This document shows, piece by piece, positions 60,346-64,000 of a stretch of DNA of 64,000 nucleotides. A program made the translations under genes and the position numbers. How positions within the stretch are numbered: position 1 is the first letter of the stretch; every line of letters begins with the position of its first letter. Source of the stretch: Candidatus Poribacteria bacterium (lineage in GTDB: Bacteria; Poribacteria; WGA-4E; WGA-3G). Below the pieces are notes generated by a model. It was not told the DNA's origin and ran no database searches. It saw only the letters and a program-made list of their open reading frames with translations. The DNA lies in NCBI GenBank assembly GCA_965197475.1, contig CBDANF010000003.1:4064001-4128000 (forward strand), read 5' to 3'.

Positions 60346-60783
60346 CTGATGAGTCCTAAAATGCTGTGCAACTGTATGTTCCGCTTTGGATCTTTGCAAC
60401 AAAATAATACCATGCTTGGAATTGAATGTCAATCGAAATTTAGTTGCGCCAAGCCATTCAATTATCATAAAGCACTCCTTGCAGCAGGCAGGCTTCTAAG
60501 TCCGCCGCCTGCCATAAGCGCATTCTTGGATAAAACAGAGCGAAACCTAACAAAATTGGATTTATGAGATACGCTCTAATATTCAACCATTTATTATCAT
60601 GCGCACAACTTTCGAATTTAACAACAAAAAATGTGTAAGTACCAACTGCGACAAATTGCATTCCTAAATAAGAATAAAAATAATGTATAGGGTGAAATAA
60701 CAGGAACTGCTTCTTTTTTCACGATGAAAAGTGCTGCAAGAACTTGTCATACATTAGTCCTAAACAACATATATTGCAAGGAG

Positions 60784-61928
60784 TTACTCAAAAATAGCTA
60801 ATTTGCCATCCTTGACAATCAGGATTTTCGGATCATAAACAGCATCCCCATTTTCGTCAAATGAAAACTTGCCTAATATCGTGTCAAAATCGCTGATATT
60901 GGCGAGTGCATCCTGAATAGCCGATGCCTCTGTGGATTCAGCGTTGGCAATCGCCTTCGCCAGAATATAAAGTGCTGTGTAAGAACGGGCAGCGTAGTTG
61001 TTTGGCTCTATACCGTACGTTGCAGTATAATTCTCTATAAAGACTTGATTTCCCGGTGTATCAACTGCAGTGCCCCACCCTACGAATGTAATAGCACCTT
61101 CAGCTGCTTCGCCTGCAGCTTCAACATCGGCTTCAGTAAGGTGCGAATGATAAATGTGACAGATATACCGAGTTCGTCAGCTTTGACCAGAATTCCAGGC
61201 TTTTCTGGTGGTAAAGATGAGACAAAAATAGCATCCGGATTTAACGCTTTTAGACGCGTTAACTGCTCCGAAAAATCTTCGGTTTCGCCACCTCGAAATG
61301 TTTCAGTGCCAAGAATTATTACGCCCTTTGCAGTTAGTGCTTCCTTTAACGCTGCGTCTCCATCAACGGAAAAATCATCGGTTTCATCGTATAGTGTAGC
61401 CACCTTTTGATAGCCAAGTTTCGCATGTGTTGCCTGAATACCATTAGGAACTAACACATCTGTGGTAAGCGCGATGCGAAAAACATAATCACCAATTGCG
61501 CTGAGTCCACGCGCAGCGGATGTCGGACTAATTGCTACAATCTGATTTTCTTGTGCGATTGGAAAAGTCTGTTTAGTTGCACTTGAGGTCGCGGGACCGA
61601 GGATAACAGAGACCTCATCTTCATGAATCAGTTTATTATAAGCCTCAATTGCCCCATCAACGGTGCTCCGATCGTCCTCAATAATAAACTTAAGATTTGA
61701 ATTGGCGAGTTGTATATCGTTTATCTCTTTGAGTGCCAATTCCAAGGCTTGTTGCATAGGTTCGCCAAAAGGGGTGGCAAGCCTCTCTGTCAGCGGTAAA
61801 ACTAAACCGATGGGAATTTGTTCACTGGTATCTTCAGAATCTTCCATTTGATCACAAGCCGATAACCATACAAGTATAGCGATAATTGCTAATACAAACT
61901 TAAGTATTTTGTAATTTCTTATGTCCAT
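60784..61928 (-). pseudogene. Branched-chain amino-acid ABC substrate-binding lipoprotein, frameshifted near 61140 (possibly a sequencing error)
   Basis: Lipobox LSAC; IGLVLPLT; ILGPATS; after IIRT the homologous sequence (TEADVEAAGEAAEG...FSFDENGD) continues in another frame to TAA at 60784. Confidence 0.8.
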
Positions 61929-62168
61929 AAAACCCTTTGATGTCTAATTTCTTTGATGCTACGTAAGTGATCTACATGTAAATATATAATAGTTATAGAC
62001 TTTACCATAGTCGGCATTTTATCAGAAGGCAGGTAATGAATCAAGCATAATTTCAGATGTAGTGAATACGGTTTGTAATTCTGCAAGAATTTGACATACA
62101 CTTGACAAACTAACTTTTACAATGTTAAAATTCATTTCAAAACACACAACAAAAAGAAGGTAAACGGG

Positions 62169-62744
62169 ATGCCATACTCAAAATTTTTCAAACAAATATA
62201 TTTGAAAGTTAACATAAAAGATGTAACCACGTTTTCCTTGTCAGTAATTTTGATGTGTACTTGTTTATTTTATGTGTCGTGCGGTAATCCATTAGAACCA
62301 GTAGGTAGTGAAGAGGAAGAACGTGTAAAATCCGAACTGAAAGATCGGTCTTTTCGACAATTTGACCCTTCTAAGGACGCGGATAAACGCAAAGGAATTA
62401 TCCTTGATTTCTTTGACGACAGTGACAAAATAATCAGTCTTTGGGCACAGTATTCTGAAGGTGATACCGCCCTAAAAGAGTGGGAGATTTTAGCACAGGA
62501 TTATCAGGTTGAAAAGGCGGGTTCGGAATATAGAATTTATTTTGAAGAACAGCGTTCACATCAGAATCTTCCTACCGAATGCGACAATTGCATAGAAACG
62601 TCGGGAATCTCCATTTCGATCCGAAATCTTTTTGATAGCAAGAAGATGCAGTTTAAACTGAACGATCCTGATGGCAGCTTACCCGCACCGTTCCCAGTGT
62701 TTAAGTCGTGGACACGGTTTAATGAAGATGAATATTTTGATTGA
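62169..62744 (+). CDS. Hypothetical lipoprotein
   Basis: Hydrophobic segment ending YVSC; upstream TTGACA-18-TAAAAT. Confidence 0.65.
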   Translation: MPYSKFFKQIYLKVNIKDVTTFSLSVILMCTCLFYVSCGNPLEPVGSEEEERVKSELKDRSFRQFDPSKDADKRKGIILDFFDDSDKIISLWAQYSEGDTALKEWEILAQDYQVEKAGSEYRIYFEEQRSHQNLPTECDNCIETSGISISIRNLFDSKKMQFKLNDPDGSLPAPFPVFKSWTRFNEDEYFD

Positions 62745-62943
62745 ATTTTCTAAGATATCTTCAAATGAACTGCAGTGGAATCCTCTCTAAGATTGCTAAT
62801 TTCAAGAATGTTCGCTGTTGCAAATCAATCCTACAAGAGTGGAGATAAGTTGAATGTATAAAAGTGTTGACAAACTGTGTGGTTTTTACGTAAAATTTGT
62901 ATAATCAATAACGCAGAATGCATTTAAGAGCAAGGAGTTTAAC

Positions 62944-63723
62944 ATGCTAACGCAAGATCAGGTAGATTTTTACAATGAGAACGGTTATCTCAAGGTAGAA
63001 CAGCTTTTCACACGAGAGGAAACCGAAGAACTTGCATCTGAAATGGTGCAGATCATAAACAATTGGGGACAAGAGACTATTGGGTGGCCCGGACCGTGGC
63101 GAACCAAATACCTCAAAGAGGAAGACCAACAGACCACAAAAGCAGTTTTTATGCACAACCCTCACTTCTATTCTGCTACCTGGGGGAGAGTGATTTTCCA
63201 TGAGGGTTTGACGGGGGCAGTGCAGTCACTCATCGGCAACACAGTTCAGTGGCATCACACGGTGCTGCATGCGAAACTACCGGAAAAAGGCACACCATTT
63301 CCAATGCATCAGGACTATCCGTTTTACCCACACGATGGTCTTGATTTCGTTGACTGCCTCGTACATCTTGACGATGCACCTTTTGAAAGCGGGGCACTAA
63401 GGGTTGTGCCAGGTAGCCATAAAGAGGGGCCACGCGAGCATATTACCGGGCATGATACTGCCCCACATCTGCCAACAGATAAATTCCATCCTGATTTCAT
63501 CGACTCAATTCCTATTCCCGCAAAAGCAGGCGATGTTATCTTCTTTAGTTATTGTCTTATCCATTGGTCTGAGGTTAATCGCACAGATGAGTGGCGGAAA
63601 GCTGTCCGATTCGGGTACCATACACCGGAGATGCGTCCCGTCGGACGAGAACCGAATGAACCATACAACAACATTATGGCGGGTGGTTTCAAGGTCAATT
63701 CCACATCAGACAGGGCTATTTAG
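62944..63723 (+). CDS. Phytanoyl-CoA dioxygenase (PhyH) family Fe/2OG enzyme
   Basis: FYNENGY; MHQD; LRVVPGSH; AGDVIFF; IHWS..N; AAGGAG RBS. Confidence 0.92.
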   Translation: MLTQDQVDFYNENGYLKVEQLFTREETEELASEMVQIINNWGQETIGWPGPWRTKYLKEEDQQTTKAVFMHNPHFYSATWGRVIFHEGLTGAVQSLIGNTVQWHHTVLHAKLPEKGTPFPMHQDYPFYPHDGLDFVDCLVHLDDAPFESGALRVVPGSHKEGPREHITGHDTAPHLPTDKFHPDFIDSIPIPAKAGDVIFFSYCLIHWSEVNRTDEWRKAVRFGYHTPEMRPVGREPNEPYNNIMAGGFKVNSTSDRAI

Positions 63724-63936
63724 TTTTAAGAATATTCAATTTATGAGTTTTACTGCAAGTTTAGGTTTTGAAGCGAAATATCGTATTGTCCAGCGATAGC
63801 AGTATATCCTGCGAACCGCAATACCGATATTGCGTAATGCTGCCATCATCTGTAAAATGGCACCATATCGGACGGGAGAGGTATCTTCTCCAAACACAAC
63901 ATCGCGCACCCAGTGGACTTTGTTCTCTATTGTCCA
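63711..63936 (-). mobile_element. ISAs1-family transposase C-terminal remnant with terminal CAGGGC end
   Basis: Minus strand WTIENKVHWVRDVVFGEDTSPVRYGA..QMMAALRN; CAGGGCTA at 63711. Confidence 0.75.
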
Positions 63937-63942
63937 CTAGTT

Positions 63943-64000
63943 ACATAATAGACATTATAATGAATTAAATAGAAGGAGTTTCATAACGCCAGGGTCTGAA
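63943..64000 (-). mobile_element. End of a second ISL2/IS1381-like element (runs off the window)
   Basis: ACATAATAGACATTATAA IR, then sequence homologous to 20679-20718 (transposase 3' end). Confidence 0.8.

Overview
Bacterial chromosomal window. A LamG protein ending in K-LAVTWGQLK, a dockerin-type EF-hand protein, DUF1549/1553, PhyH and GTAG-type REPs suggest Candidatus Poribacteria or a similar lineage (inference only). Housekeeping genes include rpoB, rpoC, fumC, lon, ispH, rpmH, uppP and an E2 acyltransferase. Mobile elements are two IS1595 copies, one IS5/ISL2-like element plus the end of a second, and an ISAs1 remnant. Main observations: (1) a 2382-aa RNA polymerase beta' carrying two huge in-frame insertions built from a ~35-aa repeat, one containing a DUF559/Vsr-like PD-(D/E)xK nuclease domain with no intein motifs and DNA-identical repeats indicating recent expansion; (2) a closely coupled four-gene Druantia-like operon in which a coiled-coil/degenerate McrB-like gene lies between two putative halves of DruH upstream of a DruE helicase; (3) a secreted dockerin-thioredoxin with an in-frame TGA at the first Cys of CxxC, a probable selenoprotein; (4) two MTase-Mrr fusions paired with DUF2971 or FRG-TPR genes, one pair flanked by a perfect 48-bp duplication of the fumC promoter; (5) a consensus promoter about 665 nt upstream of rpoB. 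All family calls come from motif recognition by eye; no searches were run.
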